A stretch of DNA of 64,000 bases from an uncultured virus (IMG/VR IMGVR_UViG_3300006879_000002) (lineage: Duplodnaviria > Heunggongvirae > Uroviricota > Caudoviricetes). The stretch lies in IMG/VR virus record IMGVR_UViG_3300006879_000002; one strand, 5' to 3'. This document shows positions 23,801 to 31,969 of the stretch, piece after piece. How positions within the stretch are numbered: position 1 is the first letter of the stretch; every line of letters starts with the position of its first letter. The notes below the pieces were generated by a model. It was not told the origin of the DNA. It worked only from the letters and a program-made list of their open reading frames with translations, and searched no databases. Made by a program: the position numbers and the translations under genes.

Positions 23801-24032
23801 CAAGCGTGGGGATGGGAGTGTCGACATCTAGAGCCTTCCCGATGCCGGTTCCGCCTTGCATGAGCTCCGGCCTCCCCTCGCTCAAGGCAGTAGCCACGGC
23901 ACGCGCCATCTCCACCTGACCCTCCCGGCGCTTCCCGCCTTTGGCAGTGATTAGGTGCTCCAATAGGTGCTCAGCCTTGTCCGCACTGTCTCGTTTCAGC
24001 GCGCGTTCGTCTGTCTCGTCCGTGGTGCTCAT
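20853..24032 (-). CDS. dinG: DinG/YoaA-family Fe-S helicase containing an intein
   Basis: Q-motif RREGQ, GGTGIGK|S, KGRSSYYC, Cys cluster, VVDEAHE, SATM, SPFDY, FWTGV, KIPFP, QGVGRLIR; ATG 24032 after GAGAGAAGG. Confidence 0.93.
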   Translation of the reverse strand: MSTTDETDERALKRDSADKAEHLLEHLITAKGGKRREGQVEMARAVATALSEGRPELMQGGTGIGKALDVDTPIPTLEGWVRMGDLEAGVHHPFDENGVPCNITEGFDVLRRRTCYELSFLGGGTLVADGQHQWNTVSDAAATQRASGDPWEGAQTRTTTEIAQTLRRRKRPNHRIPTAKPIQIEEQKLPIDPYELGFWLGGTERRSPNMALVAKTVRPEQPMQHFEVADVRSEVSITPTEATAKALKKLGLLTSERFIPDKYMFSSEAQRRALLAGLMDASGQPHKSQRQIIAQVTAYKNQFQLMKDIHALACSLGLRAASTTREFRNGSYQQVTFSPDQQVFRVPFKAAQAGDFDNPGRRMVGHRSVVAVEKVKTRPVRCISVDSDSRLYLAGRDFIPTHNSMAYLAGALASGKRTAVAPHTKALQDQLGHDLELVVEAFKDAGTDDESLLDHQPSYGLIKGRSSYYCGNRVATDEAEDTGQMLDIDGSQESFESNSQLGQEVALLHKWAQTTETGDRSDAPAVSGKAWSMVCGSTDDCSANGCKKNPSRCFAQRAHEKAAQADIVVVNQSYLAAAMKIEFLELAECEAVVVDEAHEFPMVVADTFGAVLKRKRVEQTLKRATNLLAREDLIDEQTVEKWSKGCEHYLDELERALAKMSKFGSDREIVETPGVVENLESLVKLFDPIRRKTRAAADRAADDKEKSARQTLLQAVKNLIEDFQIILEGSNDFQVSWADKERGEAVLHSARFDVSETIHEHQIDRICGGRLVMTSATMTVGGAFDYPAQQMGFTLDADTYPWKGRIVASPFDYKKQGMIWLPPHMPAPINTKDGKAEYAEAVAEVATGVARAAGGRTLVLCTSRQSVETVGQRMEEALEPEGITVLTQRPGGPSQALAKEFADNPHSVLVGTRTFWTGVSVEGDTCVAVVVDKIPFPTPSDPIIAARTEKVDRLEGNRKGFIKVSLSEAILTIVQGVGRLIRTVNDRGVVVLCDPRVNPQTPHVKGYYTSIRDSLPAFTGTGSKEAVHSFLRDINQTASDEAGTVEVNESAESVSDVVV
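22824..23834 (-). mobile_element. Class 3 (Ala1) intein with LAGLIDADG homing endonuclease, inserted in the Walker A of dinG
   Basis: GK|ALDVDTPIPT ... block B ADGQHQW, LLAGLMDASG, block F VRCISV, block G FIPTHN|S; 337 aa. Confidence 0.9.
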
Positions 24033-24195
24033 TTTGTCCTTCTCTCTATGTGCACAATTACACGTTAGCACGGTACATGATAGCACGACTCTCCGTCCAC
24101 CGGGCCAAGAGGGGCGCCCCGGACGTTTGCCCAGGATTTCGCGCCTGCTAGTCTGAAGAGGAGAGAAAGACCGCGCCACCAAGGAAGGAAACAGC

Positions 24196-25968
24196 ATGGG
24201 CAGAATCTCAGCCGACGACCTGGCTAAAGTTCGCAACGAAGTTCCCATCGCAGAAGTCGTCAGTGAGCATGTCGCCCTCAAAGGGGCGGCCACCTCAATG
24301 AAGGGACTCTGCCCCTTCCACCAGGAACGAACCCCATCCTTCAACGTCAACACCGTCACCAACACGTTCCACTGCTTCGGATGCGAAGAGTCCGGCGACG
24401 TCATCGACTTCATTCAAGCGGTCGAAGGCGAAGGGTTCCGCTGGGCCGTGCAATACCTAGCCGACCTCTACAACATCCCCGTCCACTTCGAAAAAGAGGA
24501 CGACACCAGCAAAACCAAGGCCACCCGCCTACTCGAGGCAAACACCATCGCCGCCCGAGCCTACGGCTACTCCCTCCTGCACGATCCCGATGCGGAACCA
24601 GCACGACAACTGCTCATCGCCCGCGGATTCGACCTCGAGGAAGCCGTAAACACCTTCGGGTGCGGCTACGCCCCCACCACAAAGTCCATCGGCAAGCTCC
24701 TACTCGCCCAAGGCTTCACTATCGAGGAAGTCACCGAAGCAGGTCTCGCCCGGCAACACCACGGACACCTCCAGGACTACTTCCAAGGACGGCTGCTCTG
24801 GACGATCAAAAACTCGTTCGGAAAGCCAGTCGGATTCGGTGGTCGCAGAATCCACCACAACGACCCGCAAACTGCCAAGTTCATCAACACCGCCGAAACA
24901 GCCGTGTACAAGAAATCCAGCGTCCTGTATGGCCTAGACCTGGCACGCAAAGACATCGTGCGCACCCGACAAGCCATCGTCGTAGAGGGCTACACCGACG
25001 TGATGGCCATGCACCTTGCAGGACACCACAACACCGTCGCTGCGTGCGGCACAGCATTCACCGCAGACCATCTGCACACCCTCCATCGACTGGTCGGCCA
25101 CGGCGGCGAAATAGTCTTCGGCTTCGATGGCGACCATGCTGGCAAGAAGGCCGGTCAAGAAGTCTACCGAGACCACAATAAGACTCTGCGACGACTGTCC
25201 GCGTTGCCTACCAGCGACGGGCTCGACCCCGACGAGCTCCGCCAGCGAGATGGAGACCAGGCGCTCACTGCCTTAGTAGCAGAACGCACCACCCTGTCCG
25301 AAGCGGTCATTTTCTCCGTCCTGGACGACAAGCCACGACAGACTCCTGAGGACCGGGTGGCTGCTCTCGATGCAGTGCTGCCATACCTGAACGACATCTC
25401 CGACCCGCTCGTCCAGCATGAATACGCCAGCAAAGTCGCCGCCCGGCTGGGGTTCAGCAACACTGGTGTCGAATCCCGGTTAAAAAGCCCCGCCGCGTCC
25501 GGGCAGCCACAGCGGCTATCGCCAGACCACCCACCCTCTTCTTACGGCGAAAAAGAACTCTTGCAGGCTTTCGTCCAGGTCGAAGACGTTGCCCGCACGC
25601 ACCTGTCCACTTGGGATATCGACCTCAAGTTCTCCAAACCCGCATCTCACAAGGTGCTGGCTGTCCTCCGCAAGGGCCTTGCTACCTCCCGCATTGACGG
25701 TAGGCCTTGGCCACTACACCTTCAGGAGATATGCACCGACAACGCTGAAGCAGAACTGATCACTACTTTGGCCGCAGAACCCCTGCCCGTCTCGTCCGCC
25801 GAGAGCCACACCTACGCCAAGGAACTCCTACGCCGCCTCGACAAACAACAGCAGCAACGAGCGCTCGAAGAGTTGCAGCAGAACATCCGGGACGCCACTA
25901 CCCCTGAGGAACGCGACACTGCACTCAAGCAACTCGTAGCCCATCAACGTCAAACAGCACGAAGGTGA
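24196..25968 (+). CDS. dnaG: DNA primase
   Basis: Zn ribbon CPFH.ERTPSF..HCFGC, GFGGR, KFINT, TOPRIM VVEGYTD, FDGDHAG, DPDE. Confidence 0.96.
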   Translation: MGRISADDLAKVRNEVPIAEVVSEHVALKGAATSMKGLCPFHQERTPSFNVNTVTNTFHCFGCEESGDVIDFIQAVEGEGFRWAVQYLADLYNIPVHFEKEDDTSKTKATRLLEANTIAARAYGYSLLHDPDAEPARQLLIARGFDLEEAVNTFGCGYAPTTKSIGKLLLAQGFTIEEVTEAGLARQHHGHLQDYFQGRLLWTIKNSFGKPVGFGGRRIHHNDPQTAKFINTAETAVYKKSSVLYGLDLARKDIVRTRQAIVVEGYTDVMAMHLAGHHNTVAACGTAFTADHLHTLHRLVGHGGEIVFGFDGDHAGKKAGQEVYRDHNKTLRRLSALPTSDGLDPDELRQRDGDQALTALVAERTTLSEAVIFSVLDDKPRQTPEDRVAALDAVLPYLNDISDPLVQHEYASKVAARLGFSNTGVESRLKSPAASGQPQRLSPDHPPSSYGEKELLQAFVQVEDVARTHLSTWDIDLKFSKPASHKVLAVLRKGLATSRIDGRPWPLHLQEICTDNAEAELITTLAAEPLPVSSAESHTYAKELLRRLDKQQQQRALEELQQNIRDATTPEERDTALKQLVAHQRQTARR

Positions 25969-25971
25969 CCA

Positions 25972-26295
25972 GTGACTCGAGAGAACGCACCAACGCCCCT
26001 CACCACCGAAATCGCCCAACGCATGTATGCCGCTGGACAGCAGCAGCCAGGTGAGGCTAAGGATCAAGTACGCATCCGTTACGAAACCATGGCCACAGAA
26101 GCCCGAACGGTCATCAGCGAACGACTATCCCGCTACCTCGACTCAGTAGCTCGCCTATGCCAAGAGAAACGTCACGTCGGCTCAACCCCTCCATCCTCTG
26201 ATGGTCGCCCTGGGACCCCCTGTTCCCAATGTCGAGTGCAGATCAGGCACATGAGAACAGCCCTGAAGGTTATTACACCTACCCCAGGTGAGTAG
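25972..26295 (+). CDS. Hypothetical protein, possible Zn-binding (C..H..CSQC)
   Basis: Coupled to dnaG stop with GAAGG RBS. Confidence 0.55.
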   Translation: MTRENAPTPLTTEIAQRMYAAGQQQPGEAKDQVRIRYETMATEARTVISERLSRYLDSVARLCQEKRHVGSTPPSSDGRPGTPCSQCRVQIRHMRTALKVITPTPGE

Positions 26296-26394
26296 CCCAC
26301 CCCCTATCGTTTGCTTCCCTCTGTGCTACGATGAGCCGCAAGCGTCGATGGCTCTACATCCCGTATATAGCCGTCGAAAGGACCTGTAGCGAGC

Positions 26395-27108
26395 ATGAGC
26401 GAGAACACCGAATCAGGTGCGTGGGCTCTCCCAGAGAACACTGCTGCGATGCTCCACGGCGCCTACTCCCAGTACCGGGAGAAGGTGCAGCAAGCAGAAC
26501 CAAAGGATGCCAAGAAGGAAGCCCTGCGAGACCTCGCGATCATGGCCCAGGCCGGGCGCGAGAAAGGGTGGACCTATGCCGAGTTGGCTGCGGCCTGTGG
26601 CATGACACCCGAGCGGTTACGACAGATCGTAGCTGCCCTCAACAAGGAAGAGAGCCAACCCCACATCAGCCAAGAGCTGCTCGACCAGTTCCCGACCTAC
26701 ACCGCGCCTCCGCGCCAGGAAAACGCCCAGCCCAAGAAGACACGCAAAACCAAGCGTTCCGTCTTGACCTCGGCAGAGCACAAGAAATTGGCTGAGCTCG
26801 CTCCGATTGCCCGCAAGACAAGCGGATCAACCCCGTTGAAGTCCCCTGCCCGAAAGGCAACCAAAGAGCTCAGCCGCCTGATCATCAAGTACCACTCCAG
26901 GGGAGTTATCTGGCGGGACCTGGCAGAAGCGACTGGGCTATCGGAAGGAGGCGTCCGATCCCGTGCAGCACGGCACGGATATCACGGAGGTCCTCCTCCC
27001 ACTATCCCGCCCTACCGCGGCACCACTATCTACCGCGAGGCCAAAGCCAAGAAACGTGCGGAGAACGCGGCCAAGGCATCTTCGTCGCAATCCCGTAAGG
27101 CATCCTGA
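26395..27108 (+). CDS. Tandem-HTH DNA-binding protein
   Basis: GWTYAELAAACGMTPERLRQI and GVIWRDLAEATGLSEGGVRSR; basic tail. Confidence 0.8.
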   Translation: MSENTESGAWALPENTAAMLHGAYSQYREKVQQAEPKDAKKEALRDLAIMAQAGREKGWTYAELAAACGMTPERLRQIVAALNKEESQPHISQELLDQFPTYTAPPRQENAQPKKTRKTKRSVLTSAEHKKLAELAPIARKTSGSTPLKSPARKATKELSRLIIKYHSRGVIWRDLAEATGLSEGGVRSRAARHGYHGGPPPTIPPYRGTTIYREAKAKKRAENAAKASSSQSRKAS

Positions 27109-27111
27109 CCA

Positions 27112-27170
27112 CCAGACAGAGAAAAGGGGGGGCGACCTCTATGGTCGCCCCCCCCCTTTTCTCTGTCTGG
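27112..27170. terminator. Bidirectional terminator between convergent genes
   Basis: CCAGACAGAGAAAAGGGGGGGCGACC / GGTCGCCCCCCCCCTTTTCTCTGTCTGG. Confidence 0.8.
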
Positions 27171-27192
27171 CATCATGCTGACCGGTTCGAGC

Positions 27193-28149
27193 TCAGGTCA
27201 TGTGCTTAGTGATCGTGATGTTCAGCCCCCCGGGCTCATCGAACGACCCCACCTCGCGGTCAACCGTCTCCCCCACCTCTGGCGCCTGGTCTGACTCCTC
27301 CACGTACCACCAGCTGTAGTTCGTGTCTGTGCCCGCGCACGCCGTCCCAGACGACGCCCTCGTTAAAGTTCGCCGGTCGACACAGAACGCGTCATATTCA
27401 ACACCTTGCAGCGCAAAACCAACCCCTACAGCAATGACGGCTGCAACCACTAAAGCTACTGTCACACGCACAGCCATACGCCAGCGCGCTCGAGACCTTT
27501 GCTCTGTCCATCCACGGCCCTCTCGTGCAGCATCTGTGGGGTTGATCTTCGGCCTGGCACTGTCTTGTGGGTCCAGCCGTTTCCAATTACGGCCACGCCC
27601 CCTTATCGGTTCCGGCTCCGCTTCGACTATGGGCACCTCACCCTCCAGGGAAGGCCCATCTTGCTCCCCAACTTCATCTGCCGCTATCGAGCCTTCTCCC
27701 CCCTTCTCGTCACCGCGATTCTCGGTGACAGAAGTCGCCCCCTCTCCATCGACAGCAAGGCTCTCGGCTATTTCAGTATTAGCAGCTGGTTCGCTCGTAT
27801 CCTGTTCTTGCTCAACATCCTTGTCCGGCTCAGCACGAGACGACTCGGTGTTTTCTACCCCATTCAGCCCCCCGCGCAACCCATCGAGTGAAATGCTCCG
27901 CGACGGGTCGGTAACCCGCAAACGACGATGAGCTCCCCCAGGGCGTCGGTCTCTTACCGTAAGCGTCAGCGCGCTGTTCTGGTCTTTCGCATAGAACCCC
28001 GCATAGGTCTCTCGGACCTTATCGAGAGCCCATTCCAGGGGGTCCCCGCTCGATGTCACCACATCGTCAGGAGGTACGACAGCCTGATCGTTGATGAACA
28101 AACGCCCACCAGGCTCTACCAGGACGCTGTAAGAGAAATCAGACCCCAC
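27193..28149 (-). CDS. Single-pass membrane protein
   Basis: Acidic linker, one TM, Cys-containing C-terminal domain; GAGGA RBS. Confidence 0.65.
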   Translation of the reverse strand: MGSDFSYSVLVEPGGRLFINDQAVVPPDDVVTSSGDPLEWALDKVRETYAGFYAKDQNSALTLTVRDRRPGGAHRRLRVTDPSRSISLDGLRGGLNGVENTESSRAEPDKDVEQEQDTSEPAANTEIAESLAVDGEGATSVTENRGDEKGGEGSIAADEVGEQDGPSLEGEVPIVEAEPEPIRGRGRNWKRLDPQDSARPKINPTDAAREGRGWTEQRSRARWRMAVRVTVALVVAAVIAVGVGFALQGVEYDAFCVDRRTLTRASSGTACAGTDTNYSWWYVEESDQAPEVGETVDREVGSFDEPGGLNITITKHMT

Positions 28150-28247
28150 GGGTTCCTCACTTGGTCTGTCGCAAAGGAGATGTCGTATCCCATTACGATA
28201 GCACCTCAGCGTCCCAAATTATCGAGTACCCGCCAGTCGCACCCCAC

Positions 28248-28763
28248 CTAATTCGGATGCGGCGTAGCTAGCGGGTATTCGTCTTCCCAAGTCTGTAACG
28301 GGGCCGTGACAGAGAGGGGCGATGCCTCCTCCGCCCACCCCACAGGCGGTCCGACGTAGTTCGTTGGCCCACACCGATTTGGGTTGGCAGCTGCTGCGTC
28401 CGGTGTTCGCGCAGCAGTCTCCTGCCTAGTTGCCTTGGCTACCGAGGTCGTCCAGCTGATGTAAAACGCCATGGCTAAGGCCAGCGCCCAACCGATTCCC
28501 CCGACAGCAAGAAGAGAGAAACGCATAGCCGGCTCAAGAGGGGCGACGGGATTTGCCCCGAAAGTCAGGGCAAACGCTGCTACGACGCCACAAATAGCCC
28601 ACAAAGTCCAGCGTGCCCACGCGTATCGCACCGCGGCAGGAACGCGCAGCGTGCTACGGCGTCGACTTACCCACTTCCCGACGATCCACCCTGGAGAAGT
28701 CATCAGCAGGATGATCAGGCCAAGAAGGACTACACCTAGTAATCCGTTCGTTCCGGGACTCAC
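28248..28763 (-). CDS. Three-TM membrane protein
   Basis: Hydrophobic segments; AAGGAGG RBS. Confidence 0.65.
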   Translation of the reverse strand: MSPGTNGLLGVVLLGLIILLMTSPGWIVGKWVSRRRSTLRVPAAVRYAWARWTLWAICGVVAAFALTFGANPVAPLEPAMRFSLLAVGGIGWALALAMAFYISWTTSVAKATRQETAARTPDAAAANPNRCGPTNYVGPPVGWAEEASPLSVTAPLQTWEDEYPLATPHPN

Positions 28764-29103
28764 AGTGGCTCCTTTCCCTCAAATCCCTTACACTGTAGCC
28801 AGTATCTGCTGCGCTCGCAATCACTCCACTACACGCAGATGCAGTGCAGCCCGCCAGCCACTCAGAGCGGGGAGCGCCAGCATCATGTGTGCCCAGGAAG
28901 CACGCTATACGCCTCTGTGCGGCCTTTTACGTCCCTATCCGCTCTACCCCCCAGGCGTGGCGCACTCGAGCCGTCTAGGCCGCTTTTTGTCTTCTGGGCT
29001 CACCCCCGGGCGCTCTCCTTGAGCACCGGAGGGAAGGCGATTGGCGCATGCGCTCCATCGCCCGTGCGCACGCACGCTCCCGCGCGCGAGCGTGCGCCCC
29101 TCA

Positions 29104-29154
29104 GGTCACTTAGGTGGGCGACGAAGCGTAGCGCCGGAGCCCACCTAAGTGACC
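29104..29154. repeat. Perfect 16-bp inverted repeat in putative origin
   Basis: GGTCACTTAGGTGGGC / GCCCACCTAAGTGACC with 19-nt loop. Confidence 0.85.
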
Positions 29155-29270
29155 CAGGGGCCGGGAGGAAGCGAAGCGCCCGAGCGGCCCCTGGGCTGTT
29201 ACCAAGGTGACTTTCCTACTCAACGCAACCCACCCCCGTGTGTAAGTGTCTGTATGTCTAACTGTCTGCC

Positions 29271-29650
29271 GTACACTGTACCGTCACACTGTACGGGTAC
29301 ACTGTACGGGTACACTGTACTGTCTATTAATCGTTGCAATGGCGGCAATTGCGTGCGCTACAACTGTTCCGTAAAGGCGCGGGTTGCGGTCGCAGATGCG
29401 GGGTTCGCAGGTCAAGCGTGTGCCCCAGTGGGGACCCCATGGGGAACCCCGATGGGGGGGTGGGTGTACCGTCACACTGTACGGGTACACTGTACTGACG
29501 AGTTATCGGCGCCATTTTGCGGATCGTTGCAGGAAGGGGTCGCCCGAAGTCTCGCGCTAACTCACTACAGGGGCGATACGTGGAGCGTGCCGCGGCTGCA
29601 TCACACTGTACGGGTACACTGTACCGTCACACTGTACGGGTGCACTGTAC
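29271..29650. repeat. Iteron-like 13-bp direct repeats ACACTGTAC(GGGT/CGTC) in three clusters; putative oriV
   Basis: 4 copies at 29273-29320, 2 plus a partial at 29465-29495, 4 at 29603-29650; adjacent to an initiator-like gene. Confidence 0.85.
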
Positions 29651-29711
29651 GTTCTTGGGTGCAAAAAAAGGGCTCGACGCCAGCGTCGTCCTGGCATCGG
29701 CGGGCGACGGC

Positions 29712-30254
29712 TCAGGAGTTGCTTTTGCCGTCTCGAAGTTCGGCTGGCAAGTGAATGCCATACGAGGTCGCGAGCGCCGTGCACTCTTTCTTGATGCTCT
29801 CCGCGGTAGGGAGTCCATCGACCTCAGCGATCTCGAGCAGGGAACGGAACAGTTCCTCGGCCACTACGACGCGTAGATCGGCGTAGCCGATTCGCCCGAT
29901 GGCGGTAGCCATGGCGTTGACGCTGTTCCGCGTCCGCAGCTGGATGGGTTGTTCGATGAACCAGGAAGTCACGAAGATTTCCATGCCGGACCGTCGGATG
30001 CGTCCCCTGTCCTCAAGGCGCTTGAGGAAGTCCTCGATGTGAGCGGCGTCTTGGTCGGGGTGTTGCTGCGCGAGAATCTCAGGGTCGGCGCGCAGCACTC
30101 CGGCTGCGCTGATTGAGTCTGAGCCCTCGACCTGACTGAGCATGGCCTTCTCGTCCCAGGGAATCTCCTGGTACTTCGGGTCCCGCCAGCGGTTGCGGCG
30201 CTGCTTAGTGAACGGGCCCAGGCGCTCCTCGGACTTGTGCTTCTTTCGCGCCAC
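29712..30254 (-). CDS. Putative replication initiator (phage-type N-terminal wHTH domain)
   Basis: GTG after GGAGGGG; ARK..RNRWRDPKYQEI..ISAAGVL..LKRLEDRGRI..IFVTSW resembles actinophage RepA N-termini; abuts iterons. Confidence 0.6.
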   Translation of the reverse strand: MARKKHKSEERLGPFTKQRRNRWRDPKYQEIPWDEKAMLSQVEGSDSISAAGVLRADPEILAQQHPDQDAAHIEDFLKRLEDRGRIRRSGMEIFVTSWFIEQPIQLRTRNSVNAMATAIGRIGYADLRVVVAEELFRSLLEIAEVDGLPTAESIKKECTALATSYGIHLPAELRDGKSNS

Positions 30255-30255
30255 G

Positions 30256-30582
30256 TCAGTCCCCTCCCCTGCTGTCGTGTGGCGGCCCAGCCTTGGGCCT
30301 TTCGTTGGTGCGGGCCGGGCGTGCCATAGACAGGCGTCCGCGCGTGCCCGACTGGTAGTGGATGTAGCCCTCTTGGGTGAGTTCGCGTAGGGCTCGCGAG
30401 ATGCTGCCTGGGTGGTAGGCGCGGCCATAGGCTCGTTGTAGAAGGGCGGGGAGGGCGTTGACTCGGAAGTAACACCAGTCCTGTTGGGATTCTGTGACAT
30501 CGGTGAGGATGTACTGCCAGACGTCTCGTACAGCTCCCTGGTCGATGTAGGCGGGAAGTTGGCGGTATTGAGCGCTAGTCAT
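30256..30582 (-). CDS. Winged-HTH protein
   Basis: GSISRALRELTQEGYIHY..G.RG; stop codon adjoins the next start. Confidence 0.65.
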   Translation of the reverse strand: MTSAQYRQLPAYIDQGAVRDVWQYILTDVTESQQDWCYFRVNALPALLQRAYGRAYHPGSISRALRELTQEGYIHYQSGTRGRLSMARPARTNERPKAGPPHDSRGGD

Positions 30583-30838
30583 TGAGTCTTCCTCTGATGT
30601 CTGTGTGCGCGCGGTCGGTGCCGAGCCGATGTGACCTGATGCGATGTGACATCATGTGGCATCTATCTTCCCAAGGGCGCACAGGGGTAACCCGGTGGGA
30701 CATGGCGTGCCTTTCTCTCAGTAGTGCTTACCCCTCAGCGGCGGTCACCGTTGAGGCGCTGGAGCCAACTCTTACACATAACCTATACCTAACGCAACCA
30801 TGTTACATTGACAACACGTAGGGCAAGGAGAAGATACT

Positions 30839-31942
30839 GTGCGACAGGCATTGGACGTAGATCAGGTCCTCGGCTCAGCCATCGAGTCCGCAGAGCCGCT
30901 CGCGGCCCGGCTGCGCGCTGAATGTGCCCCGCTAGCACAGCATCGCCAGTACCTCCGGGACGCCCTTTTCTCCCAGGGAGTGCTGCAACAGCTGCCAAGC
31001 GACCCGTCCTATTTCTCGGTCGGGGCAGTGGACGGGGCATACACAATCTCGCCGCTGTTCCTGGGGGACCAGATCGGCGTGCTGGCGGTCTCAATTGAGA
31101 GCGATCTTCAGACCCGTGAGGTGATCGTTCGCGGTTCAGAGTCGGAGTCGAGATTCCTGCCGCACTCCCCCGCCTCCGAGGCGCACGCGAAGGCCATGAT
31201 GTTCTCGCTTGAACTCTCGCTCCTGAAGGAGCCCGAGGGCGTCGATGCGGTCACGATTGTGGATGGCTCACACACGACCGGACCAACGGCGGCCATGGAG
31301 GCGTTGACGGTAGAAGAATCACCTGCGCATGAGTACATCTGCGATGATGTGATATCAGATCAGATGATCGCAGGAATTGAGTCCTTGTCCGCAAGGGACT
31401 CGATTGTTGCTTGCCCGAAGTCGGACTCGTCGCGAGCGCTTGGTCAGTGGATCGAAGCGCAGGGGGTGGAACTGCCGACCACGTTCCCAGACAAGGTGCT
31501 AAGTGCGTTCCTTCTAGAGGGTGGTGAGGTTCTTACGTTGAGGGAATCCGCTGCGCCTTGGGAGAAGTTCGACATGATGTCACATCAAGTGACGTCAGAC
31601 CGAGGGGTGATGATCAAGGACAGGATCATCAAGGCGTGCGCACCGTTGCGAAACGGCATCCAAGTGGCTCACGCGAAACCACACGGAAGTGACATGGCGA
31701 TCCGAGTCGAGACGAAGAGTGAGTTGGACGGGTTCGGGGCCATGGATCGCTGGCAGGCAGTCGCTGACGATTGCACTCCGCCGCACACCCAAGAGCCAGT
31801 GGCTCAGTACCTGGCCGACTACATCGCCAAGGACGTTGCGCAGGTTAGCGCTATCCAGTTGGAGTCGGCGCGACTGGACCTCGCGGACTCCGGCGACAGT
31901 GAGGTTCTGGGACTACTGGCGCGCACGTATCGCACAAGCTGA
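30839..31942 (+). CDS. nurA: NurA-family nuclease
   Basis: VGAVDGA and TIVDGS acidic motifs, C-terminal YLAD..AK; directly upstream of HerA. Confidence 0.78.
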   Translation: MRQALDVDQVLGSAIESAEPLAARLRAECAPLAQHRQYLRDALFSQGVLQQLPSDPSYFSVGAVDGAYTISPLFLGDQIGVLAVSIESDLQTREVIVRGSESESRFLPHSPASEAHAKAMMFSLELSLLKEPEGVDAVTIVDGSHTTGPTAAMEALTVEESPAHEYICDDVISDQMIAGIESLSARDSIVACPKSDSSRALGQWIEAQGVELPTTFPDKVLSAFLLEGGEVLTLRESAAPWEKFDMMSHQVTSDRGVMIKDRIIKACAPLRNGIQVAHAKPHGSDMAIRVETKSELDGFGAMDRWQAVADDCTPPHTQEPVAQYLADYIAKDVAQVSAIQLESARLDLADSGDSEVLGLLARTYRTS

Positions 31943-31969
31943 CGCAGCACGAGAGAAAGGCAGCGGAGA

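Noticed and set aside
20853..24032. DinG as CasDinG of a type IV-A system
   Set aside because: It is about 26 kb from the csf genes, retains an Fe-S-type Cys cluster, and the operon has the cas11 + cysH layout of IV-B
24033..24413. ORF-track N-terminal extension of DinG (likewise extensions at 14558, 30500, 60669)
   Set aside because: They overlap neighbouring genes or promoters; better RBS-supported starts lie downstream
29271..29650. Repeat clusters as the CRISPR array for the type IV system
   Set aside because: Units are 13-bp tandem repeats without unique, regular-length spacers; this fits iterons
28800..29754. ORFs over the origin region (e.g. 29149-29754)
   Set aside because: Translations merely reflect the 13-bp repeats; no RBS or codon bias
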